Counted from the stretch's first letter, positions 28,501 to 36,431 are shown. The stretch: DNA of 36,431 bases from Pilosibacter sp. (GCA_045658685.1 JAZOVL010000270.1:1-36431); one strand, 5' to 3'. A program made the numbers and translations. The notes: a model not told the origin generated them from the letters alone.

Positions 28501-31500
28501 AAAGGGAACATTTTCAACGATTTCCACGGAAGTGGATCTGGATAATCCAGAAGTATTGCAAACAGCAGGATATTTGGAAACACCAGAGCCGGTCGAGGCG
28601 GGAGTTTATGTTTTGGCAGAACTAAAAGCTCCGTCAGGGTATGTGCGTTCTAAACCAATTCCTATTGAGATTTACAGTGACCAGGTACGGTACTATCCGG
28701 ATGGAGCCAACGAGAATGTGACAGCAGTATCCTTTGGTAATGTATTGGATAGAGATGGTGCACTTAAAGAAAAAGAAATGGAAACGGTTCGCGTTTTTGT
28801 AAATGACATTGCAACCAGTCTGGAAGTATCGAAAATGAAGACATCCGATTCTTATCGAGGAATGAAAATATCTGGACGTGTGGAAGGAACACTTGTGGAA
28901 CTGGAACAACGATATGGATTGGAAAATCTGGATCTGGCGTATAACAGCAGTGGAACTTATCAAGGATTTGCCTGGAAAAAGGGAACTTTGGAGTATCTTG
29001 AAAATCGAAAGGATGCAGGAGAGCGAATTCAGCTTGTGTATGAAGGCGGGATTTTTCAGGGATATGGTTATGTTACAAGAGCATTAGAAACTGTAGATGA
29101 TGAAAATCGATATGTGGCAGGAGCACAATTGGTTCTTTATGATGCAATTGCTGTAAAGAAAAGCGGTGATTCAGAAGACTTTGCTTTTTCAGGGGTTCAT
29201 GTACAACGAGACAAGTATGGAGCCGTAAAGAGGATTACTGTGAAAGAAAGAGAAGAAATACCGGTGCTTTTTTATGATTTAAGTAATCTGGAAGTATTAC
29301 AAAAAAGTCCGGAAGGTGAATGGTATGGATTTGATCGGAATGGTCAAAAAATGAAAATTACATTTGATACGGAATCAATCTATGCCATTCGAAATGGTCA
29401 GCCAGTATTTGAACTTACCGGAGGTTCTTTCAGTGAGCTTGTATATAGTGTAAGTGATCGGGCTTTTACTAAGCTGAATGAAGAAACAGTAATTTATCAT
29501 TTGGACGGAAATCTGCGAAGAGATGCACAGGTAGATGGTTATACGGGACTTGCGTATATAGAAAAGTCCGTAGTGGGAAATCGAGGAGAAGAGGAAACAC
29601 TATATTACGTATGGAGGGTTACAGAATTAAAAAATGAGAAAGGAGAAGTAATTTCCAGAGAAAAACAATTAACCGGAAGACCGGGAGAGAAGCATAGCGG
29701 AACCTATCAGGCATATATGACGGGCACTGTGCAAGGCGAATCAGGTGTGTTCGAAAAGAAGATGAATCCAGTCATAAATGAAAATGGTCTTGTTGTATAC
29801 TATCCGTCCAGCACTGTCGAATATAAAAAAGGTCAGGAGCTTTTAGATCGTGACGGTGAAACTATCGGCTATCAGTATGATGACTTATTAGAAAAATATG
29901 GACTTGCCGGGTATCGTATCACAGAAGATCCTGAGGTATATGGAGAAGAACCTTTGCTGCACAGACAAGGAGAATCATGGGTAATTCCAAATGTTTGGAT
30001 ATCCGGAGCAGAAAATCCTCAAGATCCACAGAATCAGGAAGTAACATTTGGACAAGCAGATTTGCTGCGCAGAGTAGAAGCAGGCAGTTATATTATGGAA
30101 GAACGAGAGACACCGAGTGGTTATGTACGCGCATTACCGATCGCAGTTCAGGTGAATGAGAGTGCAGAGCTGCAGAGAGTGTCAATGATAAATGAAAAGA
30201 CCAAAGTAGAGATTGCCAAAATAGAAGGAAAGGGCGACCGCATAGGCGAACTTATTGAAAATGTAGAACTTGCACTTTACAAGGCAAAACGGGTGTATAC
30301 AACGGATTATGAGAAATATCCAAAGGGTTATTATCTTGAAAAAGAAGAGCTGTCTCCAGCTTGTTGGTATACGGAAGGAGATGTGGATAACCATCCCGTT
30401 TTGGTGGAGGCTGTGTGGATTACCGAAAAGACACCGAAATATTTTGAAGGTATTCCCGTTGGAGATTATATTCTGGAAGAACGATGGACTCCGGAAGGAT
30501 ATATTCCAGCTTCGATGGAAATCACTGTTCAAGAATGCGCAGATCTCCAGAGTTTTATTTTTGAGAATGAGCATACAAAAATAGAAGTGTTTAAGTATGA
30601 AGAGTCCCAGGGATCTTTGAAGCGTCCCCTCCCATGGCCGGCCGAAGCAGAATTGACACTTTATCCGGCAGTTTTAGATGTTTCTGGTGCTGAGATCATG
30701 ATAAACGGAGAATTTATATACGAAAAAGATCCGGTTATCAGTTGGAAGACTGGTTCTTGCGAAAATCATGAAGCGATCGTAAATGTTTATGAAAAGATGT
30801 ATAAACAGTATGGAAATACGTTTGAACGGTTCTCTTGGAATTTTTCATACGAAGGGATTATTGAGGAAGGGACTGCAGTTTTATTAGAAAGTACTTCGAC
30901 TGCAAACGAAGAAACCATAACTCAATACTGGAAACTTAGCGATTCTACGATACTTCGTATTGTCGGAGTGAAGGGAGATGAGATATCTGCAGATAAAAAT
31001 ATCAGAAGAACATTTTCCTATCAGTTTCAATACCAGAAGGGTGAAAATGAGAAATATCCAAATCTGACAAGCTATGAGACACTAAATGGATTACATCGAT
31101 TGGAGTATATACCGGTTGGCACTTATGTACTGGTGGAAACAAAAACACCAGAAGGATATGAGCAGGCGAAACCAATGATCGTGAAGGTAGAGGAAATGGA
31201 GGCGGTACAGACAGTTTATCTGGAAAACAAAAAGCTGGAGAAACCGGAGAAGATCGGAAAAATAGTAATACATAAAATTGATGCGAATCAAAACGAAAGG
31301 AGGTTGTCAGGGGCCTGGTTCGAAGTGCGAAATATGCAAGATGAAACCAGCTATCGAATTGTTACTGGAAAAGACGGATGTGCAGTTCTGGAGAACCTAC
31401 CAGTATATGGCAGATACGAAAGTGGGATTGAAGGTCCATGTGTATATGAAATTAGAGAAATTCGAGCACCGGAAGGATATTGTCTGGACTCTTCGGTGCA

Positions 31501-33181
31501 CAGAATTCGTTTTGATGAAAATACGGAAGAGTCAGTCATTGTTTATGAAATGACTGTAGAAAATCACCCGACAGAAATTTCGTTTTCTAAGACGGATTTT
31601 AGAACCGGTCATTTTGTTGAAGGTGCAAGTCTGGCTGTATATCAGGCAGCATTGGAAAATGGAATATTTGTTGCGGATGGCGAGCCGTTGGATCGATGGA
31701 TATCGGCATCTGAACCACACAAGATTATTGGAAAATTATCTGGAGGCAGAACATATTTGCTGGTAGAAGAAAAAGCTCCTGAAGGATATACTTTGGCAGA
31801 TCCGATTCGCTTTACGGTATCTGGAGATGGTAAGAGGATTACGTCGATTACGGAAAATATGTCTGTAATTCAAATACTATTTGAGGAAGAAAACGATGAA
31901 ATCAAGTCCATCCATATGACCGGACGTGTAGCAGTAGAAATCCGAAATCTGCTTACTGAGAAAGGGGGAGTTACCATTCTTGACGAATGGCTTCATTTCT
32001 TAGATGGAAGTCAGATTCTGTTAGAGCGAGAAACATTTCGAAAGGAAGAAGACAGCAGAACATCTCACGGAAATGCAGAACGTTACCCGATTGGAACGGA
32101 ATATCTGCTGTTAAATTCAGAAGGAGTACGAATTGAAAGATGGAGTGTATCAGGTGAAGCACCTGGTCATGAAATTTTCAATGAGAGAAACAAAGAGGAA
32201 AGTTTGCGTTTTGAATCAGGTAAGAAATATTTTCTTGAGGAGGAAGTTCTTTTAAGCGATGGAACTCGCATAAAGACTGCACGAATGGCAATTCAGCTTG
32301 GAAAAGGAGAAAACAATGCAAAGCTGGAATTGTTAAATCGAGAGACGGATGTACGAATCAGAAAAACAGATTTAGTAACAGGAAAAGAACTACCTGGTGC
32401 GGAACTCGTAGTGAAAAAGCTGAATGGAGATGTAATCGATTCGTGGATTTCCGGTAAAGAAGAACATATAATAAGAGGCGTTCTTTCTCCGGGCGAAACG
32501 TACATTTTATCAGAGAAAATGTCAGCTGATGGATATGCATATGCGGAAGATATTCGATTTACCATACATGAAAAAGGAATTGTGGAACGTGTAGTCATGG
32601 AAGATCGACCAACGCAGGTGCAGATTCGAAAGATTGATATGGTGACAGGAGAGGAACTTCCAGGAGCCAAACTGATATTGAAGGATGTCAGTGGAAACAT
32701 TGTGGATCAGTGGATTTCAGAGGAGCAGCCACATTGGATAAAAGGACAGTTGATTGCAGGTGCAGAGTACACATTAATAGAGGAAACTGCGCCAAAGGGT
32801 TATTTGGTTGCAGAGGAAGTGAAATTTACGGTATCAATGAATGGAACGATTGATCGCGTGATCATGGAAGATCAAAGAGAAAAACAAAATGAGAAACCAA
32901 AGGATTCGGACGAGCCAACAGAAACTCCAACGAAAGAAGTACAGCCATTACCGGAAATGATGGATGAGCCTCAAAGGGTAGGATATATTATTGCCAATTA
33001 TGAACCTGTCTTAAAGCAACTAGGAGATTACAAACTTGTTCGGCAGGGAGAATTGGAGTTAGTAAAGACACCTAGAACAGGAGTGGATAGTGCTCTGTTA
33101 CTTCCAGTTATAGGACTGATTGTTTCTTTGACTGGTTTAGGATTGCTAAATCAAGATAGGAGGAGACATCATGAAGAGTAA
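22541..33181 (+). CDS. Giant SpaA/CnaB-repeat surface protein with sortase sorting signal (~3546 aa)
   Basis: Signal peptide; many K-x-D...L-x-GA...Y-x-L-x-E-x-x-AP-x-GY repeats. C-terminal TPRTG, hydrophobic segment and RRR tail. Start ATG 22541 after GAAAGGA. Confidence 0.85.
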   Translation: MERLGRWLRAGKRKLAGLMAMVLVISTIGIPVPAMGSDVWPQKSTAPYYCLDGGKGWKASDRYEIYLYNTLPSPLTELQAKRLFWAYPSNWNALKEAAVKYDPGLYQEIASTVSNPNIVKRVKDDAGTKFAWVADHPEIEERAIAALEQVAAENSVTGKEVPELIRDATSEETAASFFVPALCEGPGALNTELKLSSEFIRDIAKIEAQSVWDNGSTGGNVGWLDASQDKNIAKAVLGEELYEITWSGDSIKIHNNGSAVANENVAGGNLTEEQMYNKTTVRYKITMRENSGWYTDGSWNQNYLTEWMDFKACINAPGHQRLYKADIRIVPSDMVFYLVVSQGPLGDIEPRPEYGGESADVDFQIYRHEEKFESNYNVKLQKLDDETGKPLKGSQFYLYERFEDAGKLGNDESNGGLISENLSFAPWQEFQIFAEGTTDKNGEIAYTDTRNYTYSKTYCDGHGMPEWAEVPEQEEGIDGDDKTNEGIGREEARDQNRKAAKQWLAVFESCEEAEEKQGGTHFHWEIDEDSYDAIMEIAENGEVGDVEGRIGASAETAFEKSGCKEDCEQTYEAFINLRFTYTWKEIQARNGYILHGVHTDDIPVHFVTTVSSEAGARAYVSKGSSDLIQENIWYAGNHEMARAARKSQENVSSESKKSERMAVLWKEATNSDAGQNEADIMSVSVFDGILRNVRSTTAMDSNVIYSDSDSNAIASPSDSEKAESVTSIPKPTIWERFTGLFFKEKSVEPEDDSWDEMEAEGDFESYLESAEKDGIRHLDLGKRDLLSYADEKEADRKFWVVRDHRTEGEIHINKRDMDLYKGESEEYSSYGDTEGDGTLEGARYGLFAAEDIIHPDSDILADGTVTNTGVVYKKNDLVAIATTDENGNADFYFYTVAPGKTFNYENGQIVKRTDLEWSGPENRYFENMEKNGNWWIGRPLILGSYYVKELSRSEGYELSVNGSSKAWTNHGSSLETPETILASKGTVIVSLPELVAAMEGENETGNGYDQLTFTVTSTGISDEIAGIDGYNLNFSGFPENTEFYRVDSGEMEVTGPHVTGTEKIVMKDSHGNIVWKTADSNSSHVKYEPEYDAEGTLIGQIPMSRLEAQVQMLEQIPQAVNMTLKNIEIDMEETLWNLSLLESSIGSEESEEFCFMKSELESLLSQNGYDVPVTAAGIRSKKDSPVFSVGVTEGQSDIYGLTTDAGQPAVKTVYGSALQEVVIKDINENTTISQLFGTILTWYQEHPHWNFGGLHEIKVEDQQVVVTLYTGVSNIASRSFFVMKEENGQSKPGAIYTVLENPKTLRWEYQEYQDSGDFRYQVNKQYYLRTGMNKRYYLDATLAPAVMIDQDGMRKSIEHQVMVYHEKGDEIVDYLSGDAEHGYRVPLTELVDKIEVTTETEFVEQDVRLEEVLYDPKTGIHTIFVQTTGEDFFGETFSDTEQSLKLTFMAKLPKNKSVLKASDLSYIGNANVYGYQTGMEIGYAEYLMRFTDAAIHVSFGEGKSAGDTYIVQKSLIYRGQEKVKEDGNTEKNPVLVLERPIKQKIKIKKKIINEEPIGNFRFKIYLKSNLERLYRDEEGSVFWLNNFGESVDVMEYKSAFPELVQNFYTKESEIPLLEKIKRTIISPDGSKTKIDTYNYEKFFDAIAVANKDKWDNKGFVWNTSWKPFVQGLFSGVENEINTSAEAKENAKRSDAVRQFAVDWYLDDEVEQLTVQGEIEKQRYAKEGTIRYSDEIYDKALHQAILKAENYLKPFFQYDLDYIYGIQWDSEEGGGIDQDLSTLSADQILLSENKAYGISEYLPYGDYVIVEQQPHHAEWNDFANRHFEIDTPKELSLPQYFDNTGNLEESSKVPWSITEPGTKEEMTGYAEQSVQNKRYLAKIRVEKLDAETGESILHDGAVFALYQAERDETVNGDGSVKRYKTDTIISGSKPFLEAMGAKNITSFARIGQEFPLGVGTKYTGTVSKGTPICYEENVVIFRDHQGVRKGTFSTISTEVDLDNPEVLQTAGYLETPEPVEAGVYVLAELKAPSGYVRSKPIPIEIYSDQVRYYPDGANENVTAVSFGNVLDRDGALKEKEMETVRVFVNDIATSLEVSKMKTSDSYRGMKISGRVEGTLVELEQRYGLENLDLAYNSSGTYQGFAWKKGTLEYLENRKDAGERIQLVYEGGIFQGYGYVTRALETVDDENRYVAGAQLVLYDAIAVKKSGDSEDFAFSGVHVQRDKYGAVKRITVKEREEIPVLFYDLSNLEVLQKSPEGEWYGFDRNGQKMKITFDTESIYAIRNGQPVFELTGGSFSELVYSVSDRAFTKLNEETVIYHLDGNLRRDAQVDGYTGLAYIEKSVVGNRGEEETLYYVWRVTELKNEKGEVISREKQLTGRPGEKHSGTYQAYMTGTVQGESGVFEKKMNPVINENGLVVYYPSSTVEYKKGQELLDRDGETIGYQYDDLLEKYGLAGYRITEDPEVYGEEPLLHRQGESWVIPNVWISGAENPQDPQNQEVTFGQADLLRRVEAGSYIMEERETPSGYVRALPIAVQVNESAELQRVSMINEKTKVEIAKIEGKGDRIGELIENVELALYKAKRVYTTDYEKYPKGYYLEKEELSPACWYTEGDVDNHPVLVEAVWITEKTPKYFEGIPVGDYILEERWTPEGYIPASMEITVQECADLQSFIFENEHTKIEVFKYEESQGSLKRPLPWPAEAELTLYPAVLDVSGAEIMINGEFIYEKDPVISWKTGSCENHEAIVNVYEKMYKQYGNTFERFSWNFSYEGIIEEGTAVLLESTSTANEETITQYWKLSDSTILRIVGVKGDEISADKNIRRTFSYQFQYQKGENEKYPNLTSYETLNGLHRLEYIPVGTYVLVETKTPEGYEQAKPMIVKVEEMEAVQTVYLENKKLEKPEKIGKIVIHKIDANQNERRLSGAWFEVRNMQDETSYRIVTGKDGCAVLENLPVYGRYESGIEGPCVYEIREIRAPEGYCLDSSVHRIRFDENTEESVIVYEMTVENHPTEISFSKTDFRTGHFVEGASLAVYQAALENGIFVADGEPLDRWISASEPHKIIGKLSGGRTYLLVEEKAPEGYTLADPIRFTVSGDGKRITSITENMSVIQILFEEENDEIKSIHMTGRVAVEIRNLLTEKGGVTILDEWLHFLDGSQILLERETFRKEEDSRTSHGNAERYPIGTEYLLLNSEGVRIERWSVSGEAPGHEIFNERNKEESLRFESGKKYFLEEEVLLSDGTRIKTARMAIQLGKGENNAKLELLNRETDVRIRKTDLVTGKELPGAELVVKKLNGDVIDSWISGKEEHIIRGVLSPGETYILSEKMSADGYAYAEDIRFTIHEKGIVERVVMEDRPTQVQIRKIDMVTGEELPGAKLILKDVSGNIVDQWISEEQPHWIKGQLIAGAEYTLIEETAPKGYLVAEEVKFTVSMNGTIDRVIMEDQREKQNEKPKDSDEPTETPTKEVQPLPEMMDEPQRVGYIIANYEPVLKQLGDYKLVRQGELELVKTPRTGVDSALLLPVIGLIVSLTGLGLLNQDRRRHHEE

Positions 33182-34163
33182 TGATTGGAAGATAAATAGA
33201 AGAAAGCTTTTTCATTTGTTTTTTGCGGTCATGCTGATCTGTTGTACAAGTGTTTTTTGTCATTCCTGTACATCTCCGGAGGCTGTGTATGCAGCCGAGA
33301 CTGAGATTACTGATTTGAGGCATCAAATGGTGGTAAAAGGGCCTGTTTTTACAGAAGTTGAGGATGCAGTAAAGCCGGATCTGACACTGGAACAAGGAGA
33401 TGTCACGTATTATTTGGTATCAACGGAATTGACAGAAGTTCCGGTAGAAGGAATGATGACATATGTGTCAGTCAGTGTTCCGTATGAATTGGAATGGAAG
33501 CAGAATCCACCGGAAACAACAGTCGTTACTTTGTATGATGATCGGACAGAGAGTGAGTATAAAAGAGAGCTGATGTATCTGGATATGAAAGAAACAGAAG
33601 TGTTATGGGAAAAGACATTTGCTTTTCCCATAACCATTTCCGGTTATGATGCAGATCATTTTCAATTAGGGAATGTGCTTGTTTCGAAAGATGAAGAACT
33701 CATTCTGTATGCAGATCAAATATTAGAGAGTATGGGATTATCTGAAGATCATTATCGTATTAATGCTATTATGTGGAATGGAGAGCCATACGAAAGAGAA
33801 GGAGAAGTTTTTCGGGAAGCTTTGGCAGAAGGAGAAAAGCAGATTCGGCGTGTTGAGGTAACATATGGAGGTGAGATAAAAACTCCTGATACTGTGGGAT
33901 ATCAGTTTAGCAGTATATACGAGATCGTGGAGGAAGAAGAGAGAAATAACAACAAGGAAATCACAAATGAGATAGAAAATGCGGAGGAGTCAAGCATTTC
34001 TGAGCAAGAGGAGGGATTGGCAGAACAAATTCAAAGATTTCTAAAGGAGAATATAACGCTGGTTACAATCAGTAGTCTGTTTATATTATGCGTAACAGGG
34101 GTGGTTTATCTCTGGTGGATATCTAAGAAAAGTAAAAAACAGAAAAGCAAGGAGTTAACCTAG
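33171..34163 (+). CDS. Hypothetical acidic extracellular protein with signal peptide and C-terminal membrane anchor
   Basis: N-terminal signal ending AVYA; C-terminal TM (ITLVTISSLFILCVTGVVYLWW) and Lys-rich tail. AGGAGG RBS; overlaps the upstream gene by 11 nt. Confidence 0.75.
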   Translation: MKSNDWKINRRKLFHLFFAVMLICCTSVFCHSCTSPEAVYAAETEITDLRHQMVVKGPVFTEVEDAVKPDLTLEQGDVTYYLVSTELTEVPVEGMMTYVSVSVPYELEWKQNPPETTVVTLYDDRTESEYKRELMYLDMKETEVLWEKTFAFPITISGYDADHFQLGNVLVSKDEELILYADQILESMGLSEDHYRINAIMWNGEPYEREGEVFREALAEGEKQIRRVEVTYGGEIKTPDTVGYQFSSIYEIVEEEERNNNKEITNEIENAEESSISEQEEGLAEQIQRFLKENITLVTISSLFILCVTGVVYLWWISKKSKKQKSKELT

Positions 34164-34511
34164 CTTTTCTGCCCACTCAGATTCTTTAAAGCCTACAAGA
34201 ACAAAAGAATCGGCAATGATAAGCGGACGTTTTACCAGCATGCCATCAGAGGCTAATAATGTCAGCTGTTCATCTTCACTCATGGTCGGTAATTTGTCTT
34301 TTAAGGACATAGATTTATAAAGGAGACCACTTGTGTTAAAAAATTTCTTTAATGGAAGACCGCTTTGATTATACCAAAGAGTAAGTTCCTCTTTTGTCGG
34401 ATTTTGTTCTTTGATATGGCGTGCAGTATAGGAAATCTGATGTAAGTCCAACCAGGTTTTTGCCTTTTTGCAAGTGGAGCATGGTGGATATTCTAAAAAT
34501 AAGATGCTCAT
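34155..34511 (-). CDS. ArsC/Spx family (YffB-like) protein
   Basis: YPPCSTCKKA, FFNTSG, DGMLVKRP, VGFKE. Confidence 0.9.
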   Translation of the reverse strand: MSILFLEYPPCSTCKKAKTWLDLHQISYTARHIKEQNPTKEELTLWYNQSGLPLKKFFNTSGLLYKSMSLKDKLPTMSEDEQLTLLASDGMLVKRPLIIADSFVLVGFKESEWAEKLG

Positions 34512-34547
34512 ATAGAAAACCTCCTTATGAATACTAAGTTAATTTTA

Positions 34548-34576
34548 GTATATCTGATTTTTGTGACGAATACAAT
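34548..34576 (+). promoter_or_regulatory. SigE-like promoter upstream of spmB
   Basis: GTATATC-N14-AATACAAT resembles the SigE consensus ATA-N16-CATACAnT. The region is AT-rich, so this is tentative. Confidence 0.4.
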
Positions 34577-34605
34577 GAATATAAAATAAGAATGGCAAGC
34601 AGATT

Positions 34606-35139
34606 ATGAAAATTCTGTTGTATTTATCGGAATGGTTGGTGCCATTGATGATATTTTACATAGTTGGATTTGGAGTACTCTCAAAGAGACCGGTGTTTGA
34701 TGATTTTTTAAAAGGTGCGGCGGAAGGGATGAAGACGGTTGTGGGAATTGTACCGACATTGATTGGGCTTATGACAGCAATTGGCGTCTTGCGCGCATCA
34801 GGATTTTTAGATGCTGCATCAGAATTTTTGAAAATTCCGGCGGGTATATTAAAAATTCCTGTGGAAATGGTTCCGGTTATTTTGGTGCGAATGATATCGA
34901 ATTCCGCAGCAACGGGGCTGGTACTCGATATTTTTAAAATCCATGGACCGGATTCTGTGATCGGAAACACAGTTTCGATTATCATGGGAAGTACGGAAAC
35001 GATTTTTTATACGATGAGCGTATATTTTATGACAGCTAAAATAGGAAAGACCAGATGGACACTTCCGGGAGCGTTAACAGCGACGGCAGCCGGAATTGCG
35101 GCCAGTATTTTTCTTGGAAATATATACGGCGGTTCTTGA
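34606..35139 (+). CDS. spmB: Spore maturation protein B
   Basis: VFDDFLKGAAEG, PTLIGLMTAIGVLRASG, HGPDS, GSTETIFYTMSVYF, TRWTL. Confidence 0.92.
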   Translation: MKILLYLSEWLVPLMIFYIVGFGVLSKRPVFDDFLKGAAEGMKTVVGIVPTLIGLMTAIGVLRASGFLDAASEFLKIPAGILKIPVEMVPVILVRMISNSAATGLVLDIFKIHGPDSVIGNTVSIIMGSTETIFYTMSVYFMTAKIGKTRWTLPGALTATAAGIAASIFLGNIYGGS

Positions 35140-35224
35140 TTTCTGGTATGAATTTAAGATATAATGACGCTAGATATAGGTTACTGTTCAGAGAAAGAAT
35201 ACGAATGAAAGGACACCGATTAAT

Positions 35225-35674
35225 TTGGATAATTATGGAATCTTAAATGAAGTACTGGTGCGTTTATTCCGCGATATTATGGATATTGAGGAAAAGGCGA
35301 TTATTACGCAGGAATTTAAAGACCTTACCAATAACGACATGCATGTAATTGACGCGATCGGGATAGGTGCGCCTAAAAATATGACATCCATTGCGAGAGA
35401 ACTGTCGGTGACGGTTGGAACGCTGACCATTGCTATGAACAGCCTTGTAAAGAAGGGATATGTTATTCGTGAGCGTGGGCAGGAGGATCGCAGAATTGTA
35501 TATATTTCCCTTTCTGAAAAAGGAAGAAACGCATTTAATCATCATGCAGAATTTCATCGTGAAATGATTGAAGGGATCAATGAAACATTGAATGAGGATG
35601 AAATGCAGGTTCTGGTCCGTGCGTTGACCAAATTAGATGGTTGGTTTCGTGAAAAAGAAAAGCAAAATTCCTAA
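35225..35674 (+). CDS. fabT: MarR family regulator, FabT-like
   Basis: LNEVLVRLFRDIMDIEE...FKDLTNNDMHVIDAIG...LSVTVGTLT...DRRIVYISLSEKGR...HAEFHREMI follows streptococcal FabT as I recall it. TTG start with GAAAGGA RBS. Confidence 0.8.
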   Translation: MDNYGILNEVLVRLFRDIMDIEEKAIITQEFKDLTNNDMHVIDAIGIGAPKNMTSIARELSVTVGTLTIAMNSLVKKGYVIRERGQEDRRIVYISLSEKGRNAFNHHAEFHREMIEGINETLNEDEMQVLVRALTKLDGWFREKEKQNS

Positions 35675-35676
35675 AT

Positions 35677-35715
35677 AAAAGCTGTGTTTCCGTAAAGGTG
35701 GAGACACAGCTTTTT
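35677..35715. terminator. Bidirectional intrinsic terminator
   Basis: AAAAGCTGTGTTTCC...GGAGACACAGCTTTTT between convergent genes. Confidence 0.85.
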
Positions 35716-35735
35716 GTTCTTTAATATATAGAGGT

Positions 35736-36257
35736 CTATTTTACAAAAACGACTTTTCCGATTCGCTCGATCGGTCTGATCGGAGTTTCCGGATCTGCAT
35801 ATCCAAGCGCTGCCATACCGGTTACACTATGATCAGACGGAACACCAAGTTCGTCTAGGATGGCACGAATTGCCGGGCGATCATTGATATTCTGCATCTG
35901 ATTGATCCAAACAGAACCGACACCATAAGAGTGGGCTGCAAGAAAAGCGTTTTCCAGAGCGCAAGCATTATCCTCTTTGGTCCAGTTTCCGCCAGTGATG
36001 TTGGAGACCATAAGAAGAGCGGCCGGTTTATAAATATCATAACCTTTTCTGTCCAATTCCTTTGCAATTGTATCTGCAAGTCTGGAAATCACGTCTTTAT
36101 TTGTGATCATGGTAAATTGCCAGGTCTGTTTACCCATTCCGCTCGGAGCGTGGAGTGCTGCCTCGACAATATCATTTAATATGTCTTCTGGGATTGGCTG
36201 ATCAATAAATTTACGTGTACTTCTTCTGCTTAAAATGGCGCTCATAACTTCATTCAT
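35736..36257 (-). CDS. Nitroreductase family protein
   Basis: ILSRRSTRKF, APSGMGKQTWQF, LAAHSYGVGSVWI, ALGY. Confidence 0.93.
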   Translation of the reverse strand: MNEVMSAILSRRSTRKFIDQPIPEDILNDIVEAALHAPSGMGKQTWQFTMITNKDVISRLADTIAKELDRKGYDIYKPAALLMVSNITGGNWTKEDNACALENAFLAAHSYGVGSVWINQMQNINDRPAIRAILDELGVPSDHSVTGMAALGYADPETPIRPIERIGKVVFVK

Positions 36258-36305
36258 ATTAAATACCTCCTGAGAATGATGGCGAACATGGTTTTGAATA
36301 AGTTT

Positions 36306-36334
36306 ATTATAAAAAGAATCACATATAGAGTCAA
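36306..36334 (-). promoter_or_regulatory. SigA promoter for the nitroreductase
   Basis: Minus strand TTGACT, 17 nt, TATAAT. Confidence 0.75.
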
Positions 36335-36431
36335 GTACACAGAATCAGTTGTATCATAGTATAAATTGCCCAAGCAATGCCTATAATAGCGTAAAGGAAA
36401 GAAAAGGAAACAGGCTAGAAATGATGAAAAT

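Noticed and set aside
14138-34605. Block as an active mobile element (ICE, prophage or transposon)
   Set aside because: No integrase, transposase, relaxase, T4SS or phage genes, and no convincing att or terminal inverted repeats.
36421-36431. Possible gene start at the right edge
   Set aside because: Only three codons are visible; not enough to call.

Overview
Firmicute (Lachnospiraceae/Clostridiales-like, inferred from gene content) chromosomal window. Left end: a BlaI/CopY-type operon (DUF2812 membrane protein, repressor, start of a third gene) under a promoter with two TACA-N2-TGTA boxes. Next are a probable type I toxin-antitoxin locus absent from the ORF track (27-aa hydrophobic peptide, convergent sRNA) and an amidohydrolase. 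A complete type II fatty-acid synthesis cluster follows (fabH acpP fabK fabD fabG fabF accB fabZ accC, fused accD-accA, and a FabX-like flavoprotein) with FabT-type operators. The normally adjacent spore genes spmA and spmB lie about 20.4 kb apart. Between them are a minimal five-gene type IV filament cassette, a four-gene surface-protein operon (DUF6273-like protein, GLUG/cell-wall-binding protein, a ~3550-aa SpaA/CnaB-repeat sortase substrate with a candidate thioester domain, and a membrane-anchored unknown) and an ArsC/Spx-family gene. The window ends with a FabT-like MarR regulator and a nitroreductase. No rRNA, tRNA, CRISPR array, integrase, transposase or reverse transcriptase was seen. 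All calls come from motif recognition by eye; no searches were run.
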